From: Candidatus Bathyarchaeia archaeon
GTDB taxonomy: Archaea; Thermoproteota; Bathyarchaeia; Bathyarchaeales; Bathycorpusculaceae
Length of the DNA stretch: 64,000 nucleotides
NCBI GenBank assembly: GCA_050015395.1
Contig: JBEKBM010000008.1
Coordinates: forward strand, 1 to 64,000
Reading direction: 5' to 3'
The position numbers were made by a program, and so were the translations under genes. The notes beneath the pieces are model-generated. The model was not told the DNA's origin, did not search any database, and worked only from the letters and a program-made list of their open reading frames with translations. Each line of letters opens with the position of its first letter. Position 1 is the stretch's first letter. Below, in pieces: positions 49,429 through 59,279 of this stretch.

Positions 49429-50142
49429 CTACAGAATATACATAAAATTTCCTTTATCAAATGTGTAAGAGACAATATTCTTTCCTTTTATTTCTACGCT
49501 CCAATTTTGTGAGCTAAAACCACGGTCAGTCCTAGTCGAGTGCCGACCTTTTATTAGCCATAAATCGCCTTTTGGTTCGATTGAATTTACCGTCACCGAA
49601 GAGGGTTTCTTTTCCTGGTTTACGAACTCTGTCGCAATCTTCTTAGCTTCATCCATTTCAATTAATCCTTCTTTTAGTTCTTTTGTCGAGGGTTCTTTAA
49701 TTTTTTCGGTTAAACCTGATAGCTCAAATGCTTTCTCAAGAATCGCAGTTACTGTTCGAATGCATTCAGAATCACTTGCTAGGTCAAATTTGTCATAGTC
49801 TGTAATGTTTTCTATCAATCTCGGAAACTGCTTGTCCATTGACACGGTGTTGTCCATCCAGCAATAGATAGGAATACCCTTGGTTTTGGCAACAGCGATC
49901 TCAAATACAACCCAGTCTCTTGTGTGTTGATCAAGTACTACGTTGGGGGTCATGATGATGAAAAGACCCATAGAATTGCTAATTGCTTCAATGATTTTTT
50001 CAACGGGATTCTTTCCCTCCATTTCACGTATAGCAAAATAAGGGGTTATTCTCCTTCCTTTGAAGACAAGCGTAATTAGATCAATCAGTTTAGTATCTTT
50101 TGTGCTATGTGATACAAAGATTTGACAAGGATTGGAAGTCAT
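49429..50142 (-). CDS. TIR-domain protein with C-terminal PepSY-like domain
   Basis: IFVSHSTKD, DWVVFEIAVA; C-terminal DEAKKIATEF...WLIKG...VEI. Confidence 0.85.
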   Translation of the reverse strand: MTSNPCQIFVSHSTKDTKLIDLITLVFKGRRITPYFAIREMEGKNPVEKIIEAISNSMGLFIIMTPNVVLDQHTRDWVVFEIAVAKTKGIPIYCWMDNTVSMDKQFPRLIENITDYDKFDLASDSECIRTVTAILEKAFELSGLTEKIKEPSTKELKEGLIEMDEAKKIATEFVNQEKKPSSVTVNSIEPKGDLWLIKGRHSTRTDRGFSSQNWSVEIKGKNIVSYTFDKGNFMYIL

Positions 50143-50365
50143 TTATTACCCCATTTAGAGAGATTACAATTATTATATAAGCTCAAGCAATCGCTTGTCA
50201 AAGGTAAGGAAAAGTAGATAAGCGTTGTCGCTAAGTAATTACCAAAATTTCTCATTTTCGTCTTTTTCGATGATTTTATTGGTTTTCTGAATAAAAATGA
50301 AGGTTTTTTAAGAAAAGCTTTTAGTCGTTATATGTAGCATGTAGTGGGTTTGTGAGGCGATTTGG

Positions 50366-50470
50366 ATGCAGAAGAAGTGTCCGGTTTGTAAGCAGGTTTA
50401 TACTACGTTTGATAGTAAGAAGAAGTATTGCAGTGATGCTTGCGCTAAGAAGGCTGGCAAAGCAAAGTAG
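50366..50470 (+). CDS. 34-aa Zn-finger microprotein, not in the ORF track
   Basis: MQKKCPVCKQVYTTFDSKKKYCSDACAKKAGKAK; GAGG SD upstream. Confidence 0.75.
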   Translation: MQKKCPVCKQVYTTFDSKKKYCSDACAKKAGKAK

Positions 50471-50993
50471 AGCCATAAGCTAAAAGAAGAAAGCAAGGCT
50501 ACCCCAACAACGCGACACTACTTACACCACCTTAATGAAGCCCAACACCAAGCAGCCCAAAACTTTGGAGCCGCCAAAGGTCAAGCTGATTCGCCATCTT
50601 TGTCTATTTCCTGAATTGCATCATTAAAAAAATTGTGTATATTTAGTTCTTGTTTTTTCTTTTCTACCGCTTTTCCTCTACATCAAAAAACAGATTTTTC
50701 TATGTTGAAAAGCACTGTTCTGCATGCAAAGTGCGCGGTTTTCGTTCTATGCACATCTATGTTGAATCATATTTGGAGCCTATTAGGCTCATCTAGTAGA
50801 CCGGGTAGGTAGGCTGAGCACACACAAATACCCTAAAACAAAAAACGAGAGCTAAATACATACCCAAGCAAAAAGCTTACTCTATTCCAGCAGAAAGCAC
50901 CCATTCGGCAAATATTTTGGAAAAAAAGGAAATAGAATGCAAAGAACAGTTAACCGCCTTACAGATTCAAGTAAGGCAGTTTTATGCGTTGAT

Positions 50994-51518
50994 TTATTTT
51001 GGTGTTGTCAAATATTTAAGGTGTAATGGCTTGATTACGATTCCAGCCTTCAAATCAGCATGGAAAGTTTGGCTTTCAACCACCCACTCAGATAGTTCTG
51101 AATCATGCGCTCTTATGAACTCAGCGAAATTTGAAAAGTTTTCATGAAGCGAAATGCAGACAGCATCCCAACCCATCCCTCTCCCGTCCAAAACGAGAAT
51201 CACATTGGGTTGTTTCATGTACCATTCTCGCATTTTCTGTAAAGCTTGATTTTTTTCTTCGCCTGTTTTAAGCTTAAGTTTGCTTTTCAAAAACGTGAAA
51301 GCTGCTATTTCAAACCCGATTTGACCAAACTTTGGTATAACAGTGTATCCTTCTATGAAGTTTTCTTCGAGCATAGCTCTTCTTCGGGTCACTGTAGGTT
51401 GGGAAACACCTAGGGATTTTGCTAGTTGCCTATCGCTTCTGTGAGAATCCTTCATTAATTCAAACAGTATTTTGTAATCTATAGGTTTCAGTTCTTTCAT
51501 TACAACCAACTTCATCAT
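50994..51518 (-). CDS. Lrp/AsnC family transcriptional regulator
   Basis: IDYKILFELMKDSHRSDRQLAKSLGVSQPTV HTH. Confidence 0.9.
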   Translation of the reverse strand: MMKLVVMKELKPIDYKILFELMKDSHRSDRQLAKSLGVSQPTVTRRRAMLEENFIEGYTVIPKFGQIGFEIAAFTFLKSKLKLKTGEEKNQALQKMREWYMKQPNVILVLDGRGMGWDAVCISLHENFSNFAEFIRAHDSELSEWVVESQTFHADLKAGIVIKPLHLKYLTTPK

Positions 51519-51662
51519 TCAATAGCGATTTTGGCATCATATATAAACATCGTTGTTGAATAAACAAAAAATCGTTCCAGTTTAACAGGGCAACAGTAAC
51601 ATGGCAATCGATACTCTTAAGAGAAAAAACGCCTAGACAACATGCAGGAGCTTTGAAAAATA

Positions 51663-53021
51663 ATGCCGCCTCAAATTTTAAACGGGGTAAAGCAAGAAGT
51701 CACTCAATTGCTTAGAGAGTTAATACGCATAGATACAACTAATCCTCCAGGAAACGAAACCCAAGCAGCCATTTACGTAGCACAATACTTAGCTAACCAA
51801 GGTTTCAAGACTGAAATTATTGAGTCAGCGCCTGGAAGAGGCAACGTAATCACGCGTCTTAAGGGAACAGGTGAAAAACCTAGCCTGCTTTTACTGTCGC
51901 ATCTGGACGTAGTTGCAGCTAACCCAAGCGAATGGACCGTTGACCCGTTTGCCGGCACAATTAAGGACGATTACGTTTATGGTAGGGGAGCCATAGACAT
52001 GAAAAGCATGACAGCCAGTGAAGTGCTAGTCATGGAACTTTTAAAGAAGAATAATGTCAAGCTTAAAGGCGATGTCGTTTTGGCAGCTACTGCGGATGAA
52101 GAAAAAGGGGGTGAAGAAGGGGCAGGCTACCTTCTGCAGAATTACCGAGAAAAAATTTGGTGCCCATACGTGCTTAATGAAGGCGGAGGACTAGCTGTTC
52201 CAACAGAAAAAGGAAACGTCTTTACAGTGCAGACGGCAGAAAAAGGAATTTTATGGCTTAAAATAAAAGCAAAAGGAACCCCAGGTCACGGTTCCACTCC
52301 AAACACAGCTGATAACGCTATTATGCGCATATACAAAGTCATCGATAAACTTGGAAATTACCAGCCGGAAACCATGTATATTCCCACACTTAAGAGGTAT
52401 CTTGCTGAAATTGCAAAGCATAATCCAGAGCTTAACGAGCCATTTGCACGTTTACTTGCCAATCCCAAGCAAAGCGAGCAAATATTAGACGAGTTAGCAA
52501 AAAAAGACAGAGCTTTGGCTGAGGAAATTAGACCGCGGACTAAAATGACTATTACACCAACTATGATTCATGGCGGTGTCAAAGAGAACATTATACCTTC
52601 AGAATGCGACGTAATATTTGACTGCAGAATACTTCCTGGGCAAAATGTGGCTAAAACAATTGATTTAATCAAAGGTTTGCTCAAAGATGTGGGCTTAGAA
52701 AAGCTGACTTTTGAGTTTATTCAAGTGCATGACGGCTCAGAATCATCAACAGAAACACCACTTTACAGTACCATCACAAGCGTTCTTAGAGAATTTGAAC
52801 CCAACTGCGGAGTAACACCAACACTAGCCACTGGCGGAACGGATTCACGATTCTTTAGAGAAAAAGGTAGCATATGCTATGGTTTCCAACCAATGATCCC
52901 AGATGAACCAAACGATCAATTAAATAAACGAATGCACGGCATCGACGAGCGAATAACTATAGAAAACCTTGTTTACGGAACAAGCATACTCTATGAAACC
53001 GTGAAGAGGTTCATGAGCTAA
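51663..53021 (+). CDS. M20/M25/M40 family metallopeptidase
   Basis: SHLDVV, GRGAIDMK, DEE, GGTD, HGIDE. Confidence 0.93.
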   Translation: MPPQILNGVKQEVTQLLRELIRIDTTNPPGNETQAAIYVAQYLANQGFKTEIIESAPGRGNVITRLKGTGEKPSLLLLSHLDVVAANPSEWTVDPFAGTIKDDYVYGRGAIDMKSMTASEVLVMELLKKNNVKLKGDVVLAATADEEKGGEEGAGYLLQNYREKIWCPYVLNEGGGLAVPTEKGNVFTVQTAEKGILWLKIKAKGTPGHGSTPNTADNAIMRIYKVIDKLGNYQPETMYIPTLKRYLAEIAKHNPELNEPFARLLANPKQSEQILDELAKKDRALAEEIRPRTKMTITPTMIHGGVKENIIPSECDVIFDCRILPGQNVAKTIDLIKGLLKDVGLEKLTFEFIQVHDGSESSTETPLYSTITSVLREFEPNCGVTPTLATGGTDSRFFREKGSICYGFQPMIPDEPNDQLNKRMHGIDERITIENLVYGTSILYETVKRFMS

Positions 53022-53172
53022 CAGAGCCCAATTTACCCTTTACCTCTTTTTTGATTATATCATACTTGGGCTTTCTCAAACATTAAAACGCTCAAAACCT
53101 CACGGAATGCAAAATTTTTATACTTACCCATTCTAACAAGTAAGATAGCGCCACTTTGGTGTCAACCGCAAA

Positions 53173-53715
53173 ATGACCAGCATGCAAACAATAACTAATC
53201 GAGAGACGGCAAGTTTCGAAGCCGCTAAAATCATCGGGTTAATCTCTGATACGCATGTCCCTAAAAGAGCCATGTGTATTCCCCAAAAAGTGTTCGAGGT
53301 CTTAAAGGACGCAGATTTCATTATACACGCTGGCGACTTAGTGGAATTATCAGTAATTGACGAACTAGAGCAGATTGCCCCAGTTTTAGCGGTTCATGGC
53401 AACATGGATGGCCAAGAAGTCAGCGGCGCTTTACCTGAGCTTAATTCACTTAAAATTTTCGATTGGAAAATAGGCGTAATGCATGATCCGAACGTTCTTC
53501 AAGGTTCAGGTAAGATGGTGGAAATTGCTAAAGAGAATGGTTTCAACGTTTTTGTTTATGGGCATACGCATGCTTCCAAAATAAAATGGGAAGAAAAAAA
53601 TCTCTTCATTAACCCTGGAAGCCCCACTGACCCAGCATCTTTCATGATTAAGCCATCGGTTGGATTGCTAAAAATAACAAAACAAACCATAACGCCACAA
53701 ATAATAAACCTTTAA
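53173..53715 (+). CDS. YfcE-like metallophosphoesterase
   Basis: SDTH, HAGD, GNMD, GHTH, NPGS. Confidence 0.93.
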   Translation: MTSMQTITNRETASFEAAKIIGLISDTHVPKRAMCIPQKVFEVLKDADFIIHAGDLVELSVIDELEQIAPVLAVHGNMDGQEVSGALPELNSLKIFDWKIGVMHDPNVLQGSGKMVEIAKENGFNVFVYGHTHASKIKWEEKNLFINPGSPTDPASFMIKPSVGLLKITKQTITPQIINL

Positions 53716-53928
53716 CCCGCTAGAACAGACCAATAAAGAATAATATACAAGGATATTCCAAAAGACAGTGAAACAAGCCATACTGCCTTGATTATAATGA
53801 ATAGTCACTGACTCCTTTACCTAACAATTAGATGCTCACAAGTGCAACCTCCGAAAAAACAATCCATAAACCTCAACCATGTTCGCGTGCTACGCGCTAC
53901 AAACTCATGATTTGTCAAACGCTGAGCG

Positions 53929-54588
53929 TCACCACATTTTCATACATACACTTCCCAGAGAAGTGAGACTCGTCACTAACAAAGTTCCAGCCAAAACCAA
54001 ATTACCCATCGAGTTACTTCCCTGTAGCAGTGAAGTCGAGAAGATAACACACAAGAAAATGTAGAAGGACATAAAACCTAAAACACCCTGAACAACGCGA
54101 ATCACTCCTCGAACTCTATAAACCTTCGACCGAACAAGCCTCAGAACAAAAGTCAATCTCTTCGAAACATCAGCAAAATCGTCTATGAACAAAGTTAAAC
54201 CACCCAAAGCAAAGAAACGCCCAGCATTAACCGCAAGACTATATCCGTTCCCAACAAATATACCGAAAAAAGAAATGGAGCCAAACAATAAAAGCAAAGT
54301 ACACGCTAAGACAAAAATGATAAACCCATAAACATAATGATGAAACCACAACCTCCCTGTTTTCACCCTACCAACTCTCACGACAAAATAAATGTTAAAA
54401 ATTGCAGCCAAAACCGCAAACCAAAAGAAGGAGCCATCAATAAGATATGGCGGATAAGGCTTCCAATAATACCTTGCCGAATAGAACCCCTCCAAAACCC
54501 CCAACACCGAGACAATGCTGAGAAGAGAATTGAAAGTCAATGCCAAACTGCAAATCTTTTTCCCATAAGCAAAAACAGTAGCCATCAA
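53929..54588 (-). CDS. Hypothetical multi-pass membrane protein
   Basis: About 6 TM segments, FHHYVYG motif. Confidence 0.75.
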   Translation of the reverse strand: MMATVFAYGKKICSLALTFNSLLSIVSVLGVLEGFYSARYYWKPYPPYLIDGSFFWFAVLAAIFNIYFVVRVGRVKTGRLWFHHYVYGFIIFVLACTLLLLFGSISFFGIFVGNGYSLAVNAGRFFALGGLTLFIDDFADVSKRLTFVLRLVRSKVYRVRGVIRVVQGVLGFMSFYIFLCVIFSTSLLQGSNSMGNLVLAGTLLVTSLTSLGSVCMKMW

Positions 54589-54829
54589 ACATCCACCTTT
54601 CTGCCCGTTCCAGATAGTGCATTCTAATAATTAAATTATCTATCTTAGCTAAGTACCCGCGTGCCAGTTTGTTGCTAATTCAATTGGTTTGTGTTAATTT
54701 CTGCTATCGCGCGGCCTTGAAAGCGCTAAAAGTTTTACTTTCACTCACCCCTCCCCTGCTCCAAACAGTAGTTTTTGCAACCACCTTAAAAGCGCTAAAT
54801 GCTAAAGCGGTATTTCAGAGGTAAGATAC

Positions 54830-54967
54830 ATGGAGCATTGTAAAAACCCTTGGAAAGACGACTGTAAAAGCGAAAACATCAAACTATACATTGAGATAAA
54901 AGGCGAAAAATTGCCTATCTGCCAACAATGCTGGAGCAAAATAGCTGACCAAGAACAAGAGTGGTGA
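54830..54967 (+). CDS. 45-aa Cys4 microprotein, not in the ORF track
   Basis: MEHCKNPWKDDCKSENIKLYIEIKGEKLPICQQCWSKIADQEQEW; GAGGT SD. Confidence 0.75.
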   Translation: MEHCKNPWKDDCKSENIKLYIEIKGEKLPICQQCWSKIADQEQEW

Positions 54968-54974
54968 AAATGCA

Positions 54975-55211
54975 ATGGAAAACTTCAGCATTAACAGCGC
55001 CAAATCGTACATTGGAAAAAACGTTAACCTGCACTTAAAAGATGGAGCCGTGATAATAAACGTGCAATTAATCGGAATCCATAAGGGCTCAGGAAAAAAC
55101 AATCTCATCGAGTACACTCCGTATGGAAACCGTAGAAGCACCCGCATACCATTAAGAATCGTTGCTTGGGCTGAACTGTTAAACTCAAATTTGCTGCAAA
55201 GAGCCGCCTAA
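54975..55211 (+). CDS. Small Sm/LSm-like beta-barrel protein
   Basis: YIGKNVNLHLKDG (Sm1-like) and IPLRIVAWAE (Sm2-like). Confidence 0.55.
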   Translation: MENFSINSAKSYIGKNVNLHLKDGAVIINVQLIGIHKGSGKNNLIEYTPYGNRRSTRIPLRIVAWAELLNSNLLQRAA

Positions 55212-55274
55212 AATGTTACTAAAAAAAACATAAAAGCATAAAAGCAAAAATACAAGTCAAAACACTTCAAGCTT

Positions 55275-55655
55275 ATGCGTTGCTCAAACTGCGGCATCTG
55301 TTGCACAGAAACAGAAATGCTGCTCTCACAAAAAGACATCACGCGCTTAGAAAAGAAAGGCTTCAGCAAAAACTACTTCGTAAAATATGACAATCAAGGC
55401 TATGCACAACTCAAAAACCGAGAAGGCTACTGCGTTTTTTACGACGCCAAGAAATGCCAATGTAATGTTTACGCTGATAGGCCTTCAGGCTGTCGAGTTT
55501 ACCCTGTTATATTGGATGAAGAAAAAGGGATAGTTTTAGACGATATCTGCGATTCACGAAACACTATTACAGAAAAAGAAAAAACGATAAAGGGCAAAAG
55601 AGTGTTTAGGCTTTTAAAGAGAATCGATAACGAAGCGGCAAACAGGCGTTCTTAA
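55275..55655 (+). CDS. YkgJ/CxxCxxCC family protein
   Basis: CSNCGICC, CVFY...CNVY..RP..CRVYP. Confidence 0.9.
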   Translation: MRCSNCGICCTETEMLLSQKDITRLEKKGFSKNYFVKYDNQGYAQLKNREGYCVFYDAKKCQCNVYADRPSGCRVYPVILDEEKGIVLDDICDSRNTITEKEKTIKGKRVFRLLKRIDNEAANRRS

Positions 55656-55676
55656 GCTTCTTTTAAAAATCAGAGT

Positions 55677-55850
55677 TTATTTCTTGTTGTTTTGGGCATG
55701 TTTGCATTGACAGCAAGTTATTTTTGTGTCTTTTTTAGCTTCAGCTTCTTCCCTTGTTATTACACAGGTTCTTACTAATTTGCCACAGCAATCACAGATA
55801 AATTGTACTTCAGCAACGCGGTCGTTAGATTGAAGGACCTTAATGGGCAC
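55677..55850 (-). CDS. 57-aa Cys-rich Zn-finger microprotein, not in the ORF track
   Basis: MPIKVLQSNDRVAEVQFICDCCGKLVRTC...TCCQCKH; GTG start 2 nt after the upstream stop. Confidence 0.7.
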   Translation of the reverse strand: MPIKVLQSNDRVAEVQFICDCCGKLVRTCVITREEAEAKKDTKITCCQCKHAQNNKK

Positions 55851-55852
55851 AA

Positions 55853-55999
55853 TTATTTTCCTTCTTTTGCAACTTTGTCCTTAGCAAGTAAGTATTCAAC
55901 GTATTCTCTCATAGTGCGGTTGGTTTCCTCGGCTCTTTTTCTGATTTCTTCGTGAACTTTGTCGGTGACGGTTATGCATTTGTATCCTTTTCGTGGCAG
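55853..55999 (-). CDS. Ribbon-helix-helix-like microprotein (CTG at 55999 or TTG at 56008)
   Basis: PRKGYKCITVTDKVHEEIRKRAEETNRTMREYVEYLL; GAGGAG SD. Confidence 0.75.
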   Translation of the reverse strand: MPRKGYKCITVTDKVHEEIRKRAEETNRTMREYVEYLLAKDKVAKEGK

Positions 56000-56119
56000 A
56001 ACTCCCAATCTCCTCTTCCGTACTTTACAGTACGATTGAATATATAATTAACGGTGTCCCCCATATTGTGAAACCTTATATAAATGCACGTTCGCTAACT
56101 AGCTTAAGAGAGGAACAAA

Positions 56120-56314
56120 ACGCCGAAGAAAGGCTTTAAAAGCATCACGGTAAAGGCTGAGGTTTACGATTACTTTTTTAACGAGTGGCTTAAGGTCAAA
56201 GAGGAATACGCCATTAAAAAAGGCATTCATAGCTTTTCAGCCTATGTTACCTACACCTTAGCTCAACTGATGAACGAAGAAAAGAAACGAAAAAGTGAAA
56301 ATAAGCCGCTTTAG
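56120..56314 (+). CDS. RHH-like microprotein with ACG at the start position
   Basis: PKKGFKSITVKAEVYDYFF...GIHSFSAYVTY; in-frame TAA five codons upstream; GAGAGGA SD. Confidence 0.65.
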   Translation, partial: TPKKGFKSITVKAEVYDYFFNEWLKVKEEYAIKKGIHSFSAYVTYTLAQLMNEEKKRKSENKPL

Positions 56315-56366
56315 TTGCCCTATCTTTAAATAATTCTTGAGATGACTTGTCAACAGTGAAATTGAA

Positions 56367-57368
56367 ATGCCTTGCACGGTAATTGTCGGTGCCTTCTGGG
56401 GAGACGAAGGCAAAGGAAAAATAATCTCTTATTTAGCCCTCAAAGATAAACTCGATTTCTGCGTCAGAACCGGCTCAGTAAACGCAGCACACACCGTCTG
56501 GTACGAAGGCAAAAAATACGCTTTACACATGGTTCCCGCTGCATTTTTAAACCCTAAAACACGCCTGCTCATTGCAGCAGGTGCAAACATCCATGTTCAG
56601 AAATTTTTTGAAGAAGTAGAACTCACAAAAGTGCAGGGCAGAATAGGCGTAGATCTGAACGCTTCAATAATTGAGGAAAAGCACAGCGCCCAAGACAAGG
56701 CAAGCGCCGTCAACAAAGGCATTGGAACCACAGGTTGGGGTGTAGGACCTGCAATTGAAGAACGCGTCCGACGAACAGCGAAACTTGCCAAAGACATCCC
56801 CGAGTTGAAGCCGTACCTTACTGACCAAGTGAGAGAAGTCAACGATGGCTTAGATGAGGGCAAAAAAGTGCTTCTTGAAGGCACACAAGGCTTCATGTTA
56901 TCACTGTTCTTGAGCGGCGGCTACCCATACGTGACTGGAAGAGATACAGGCGCATCAGCCATAGCCTCGGAAGCAGGAGTCGGACCAACAAGAGTTGACG
57001 GCGTTCTAATAGTTTATAAGTCATTCATAACAAGAGTTGGCGCCGGACCGTTACCGGGAGAAATAACAAAAGAGGAAGCGCAAAAAAGAGGCTGGTTTGA
57101 AGTCGCTGCCGGAACAGGTAGAGACAGACGCTCAGCACCATTTGATTTCGAGTTAGCAAAGAAAACCGCCAGGATAAACGGTGCCACACAAGCGGCAATA
57201 ACAAAAATAGACAGCCTTTTCCCAAACTGCAGGGGTGCCAAACAATACAGTGACCTATCCAAGGACGCTAAAGACTTCGTAGAAGAAGTTGAAGACAAAA
57301 CAGGGGTGCCGGTTGTTTTGATTGGCACTGGACCTGAAGCAATGGAGATTATTGACCGCAGAAAATAG
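56367..57368 (+). CDS. purA: Adenylosuccinate synthetase (short archaeal form)
   Basis: WGDEGKGK, EGTQG, YPYVT, TRVGAGP. Confidence 0.97.
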   Translation: MPCTVIVGAFWGDEGKGKIISYLALKDKLDFCVRTGSVNAAHTVWYEGKKYALHMVPAAFLNPKTRLLIAAGANIHVQKFFEEVELTKVQGRIGVDLNASIIEEKHSAQDKASAVNKGIGTTGWGVGPAIEERVRRTAKLAKDIPELKPYLTDQVREVNDGLDEGKKVLLEGTQGFMLSLFLSGGYPYVTGRDTGASAIASEAGVGPTRVDGVLIVYKSFITRVGAGPLPGEITKEEAQKRGWFEVAAGTGRDRRSAPFDFELAKKTARINGATQAAITKIDSLFPNCRGAKQYSDLSKDAKDFVEEVEDKTGVPVVLIGTGPEAMEIIDRRK

Positions 57369-57417
57369 CAACTTTTATCTTCTAAAACTGCAACCTCTCT
57401 TTTCAAGGCGTAATGGA

Positions 57418-58560
57418 ATGATGACGTCCAAGCGTTCTAGTAAAGTTTTAGCTAGCCTTCTAATACTTCTGTTTGCGGCAGGGTTACTCGTTGGAGCATT
57501 AGCGAGTTTTTACATCACTTACAGGCAAGCGAATAGCCTAAACAGTCAAGTTACAAGTTTAGAAAGTCAAGTTTCTGACCTCAGAGGCTTCCAAAACGCC
57601 ACTTACCAAAATATTACTATTCTTCAGAATGGCACGTCACTAACCGCTTTATATGAAGACGTACGTAACTCCATCGTTTTAATAGAAGGCGACATCAGCA
57701 GCGGTATCCAGCAAGGGTCAGGCGTCGTCTACACCTTTTCAGGCAGAAACGTTGTATTAACCAATTACCATGTTGTTCTAGGCACCACAAACTTAAGTGT
57801 CACCTTCTCAGATGGAAACGGCTACTCAGCTACAGTTCTAGGAACAGACCCGTACTCTGACTTAGCAGTTCTTTCCGTTAATGCATCTGCATCCGAATTT
57901 AAACCGCTCGATATCGCAAGTTCATCCACATTAGCTGTGGGCGAATCAGTCATCGCTATTGGAAATCCCTATGGACTGGTAGGTTCCTTAACAACAGGCG
58001 TTGTAAGCGCTCTAGGAAGAACAATAACAGAACCAGACACGGCTGGAGGATATGCAATAGCTAACATTATTCAAACAAGCACGCCTATAAACCCTGGAAA
58101 TTCAGGAGGACCCCTGCTGAACGCGGCGGGAAACGTTGTTGGCATTACAACAGCAATAGTTTCTAATTCACAAGGATTAGGCTTTGCTATTCCTTCAGAC
58201 ACCATACTAAGAGAAATAAACGATTTGATAACAACCGGCTCATACGATGGGCACTCTTATTTAGGAGTCGAAGGAGAGGACATGAGTTATAGCTTAGCCC
58301 AGCAGACCGGCGCCAGCGTTACTTATGGCTGGAGAATTGAGTCAGTAGTAAGCGGAGGACCCTCAGATGGCAAATTAAAAGTCAACGACATTGCAATTGC
58401 CCTCAATAACCAAACAATCACAAACGGCGATGGTTTAGCAAGCTACTTAGAAGAAAATACTCTGCCAGGCGACAATCTGGTCATAACTGTTATTAGAGGA
58501 ACCTCGCAGATACAGGTAACTGTCGTTCTTGGAGCAAGACCTCCACCACCAACAACATAA
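57418..58560 (+). CDS. Membrane-anchored HtrA/DegP-like serine protease with PDZ domain
   Basis: TNYHV, DLAVL, PGNSGGP, N-terminal TM. Confidence 0.95.
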   Translation: MMTSKRSSKVLASLLILLFAAGLLVGALASFYITYRQANSLNSQVTSLESQVSDLRGFQNATYQNITILQNGTSLTALYEDVRNSIVLIEGDISSGIQQGSGVVYTFSGRNVVLTNYHVVLGTTNLSVTFSDGNGYSATVLGTDPYSDLAVLSVNASASEFKPLDIASSSTLAVGESVIAIGNPYGLVGSLTTGVVSALGRTITEPDTAGGYAIANIIQTSTPINPGNSGGPLLNAAGNVVGITTAIVSNSQGLGFAIPSDTILREINDLITTGSYDGHSYLGVEGEDMSYSLAQQTGASVTYGWRIESVVSGGPSDGKLKVNDIAIALNNQTITNGDGLASYLEENTLPGDNLVITVIRGTSQIQVTVVLGARPPPPTT

Positions 58561-58742
58561 AACCTAAATTTTTTGTTTTTCTTTTAATTTGAAACGCTAG
58601 CTGTATTGGCGATGTAGCCTCTACCAGGACAGCAGCAAAAATAATGTGTGGGTGAGCACTCACACGCGGTAAAGATAGGTGCCTTTTTAGGGTTAATGGA
58701 TGGTTGCAAAATAAGAGTGGGTAGCCAACGTTTTTTGGCCAA

Positions 58743-59024
58743 TTATGTTGCTGGCTTTTTTAGCGCTTCTTTTTCACGTTTTATGTCAGAATGATCTCTT
58801 TCTACAGCCTGATTAACTATCGTTCGAAAATAGCATTCTGAACAGTAATGCTTTTCATCGATTTCATAAAGCGTGGTTGATATAGTTCCAATCGGTTGAT
58901 TGCAGCCTGAGCAACGCCTAAATTTGTTTTCCTCTTTCGCTATTCTTCCACTTGGTTCCTTTTGATTTCCAAAAACATCTTTTCTATGTGTGAAAAATTC
59001 ACTGTCCCAACCCATGATTTTCAT
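58743..59024 (-). CDS. Small Zn-finger protein
   Basis: CSGC...YCSECY; AAGGAG SD. Confidence 0.75.
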   Translation of the reverse strand: MKIMGWDSEFFTHRKDVFGNQKEPSGRIAKEENKFRRCSGCNQPIGTISTTLYEIDEKHYCSECYFRTIVNQAVERDHSDIKREKEALKKPAT

Positions 59025-59279
59025 TCTCCTTAAATGGAGAAGTGATGTTTATCATGTGAATTGCTAAATAAGCTTTTTCAATTTCCCCCGATAAAGCATA
59101 TTTTGCATCCATAAGCAAATAAAAAAGGGGTTATATTCAACATCACGGACATAGACAACATAGTCGACGTAAGCAAAAAACATGCAATAGAAAAGTTACT
59201 TCTGGTTGCCTTGCCTTCCGAGGCTTTGTGAACTAATGTTTTTTATAAGCGAGTAGCGATTCTTGTTTAGGCTTCAGCG

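Noticed and set aside
57014-57406. Numerous 60-140 aa antisense ORFs inside housekeeping genes
   Set aside because: Codon-symmetry shadows of well-supported genes.
58590-58740. GTGTGGGTG/CACTCACAC hairpin and outer stem between convergent genes
   Set aside because: The G-U polarity of the two stems disagrees; likely a terminator region rather than a defined RNA.
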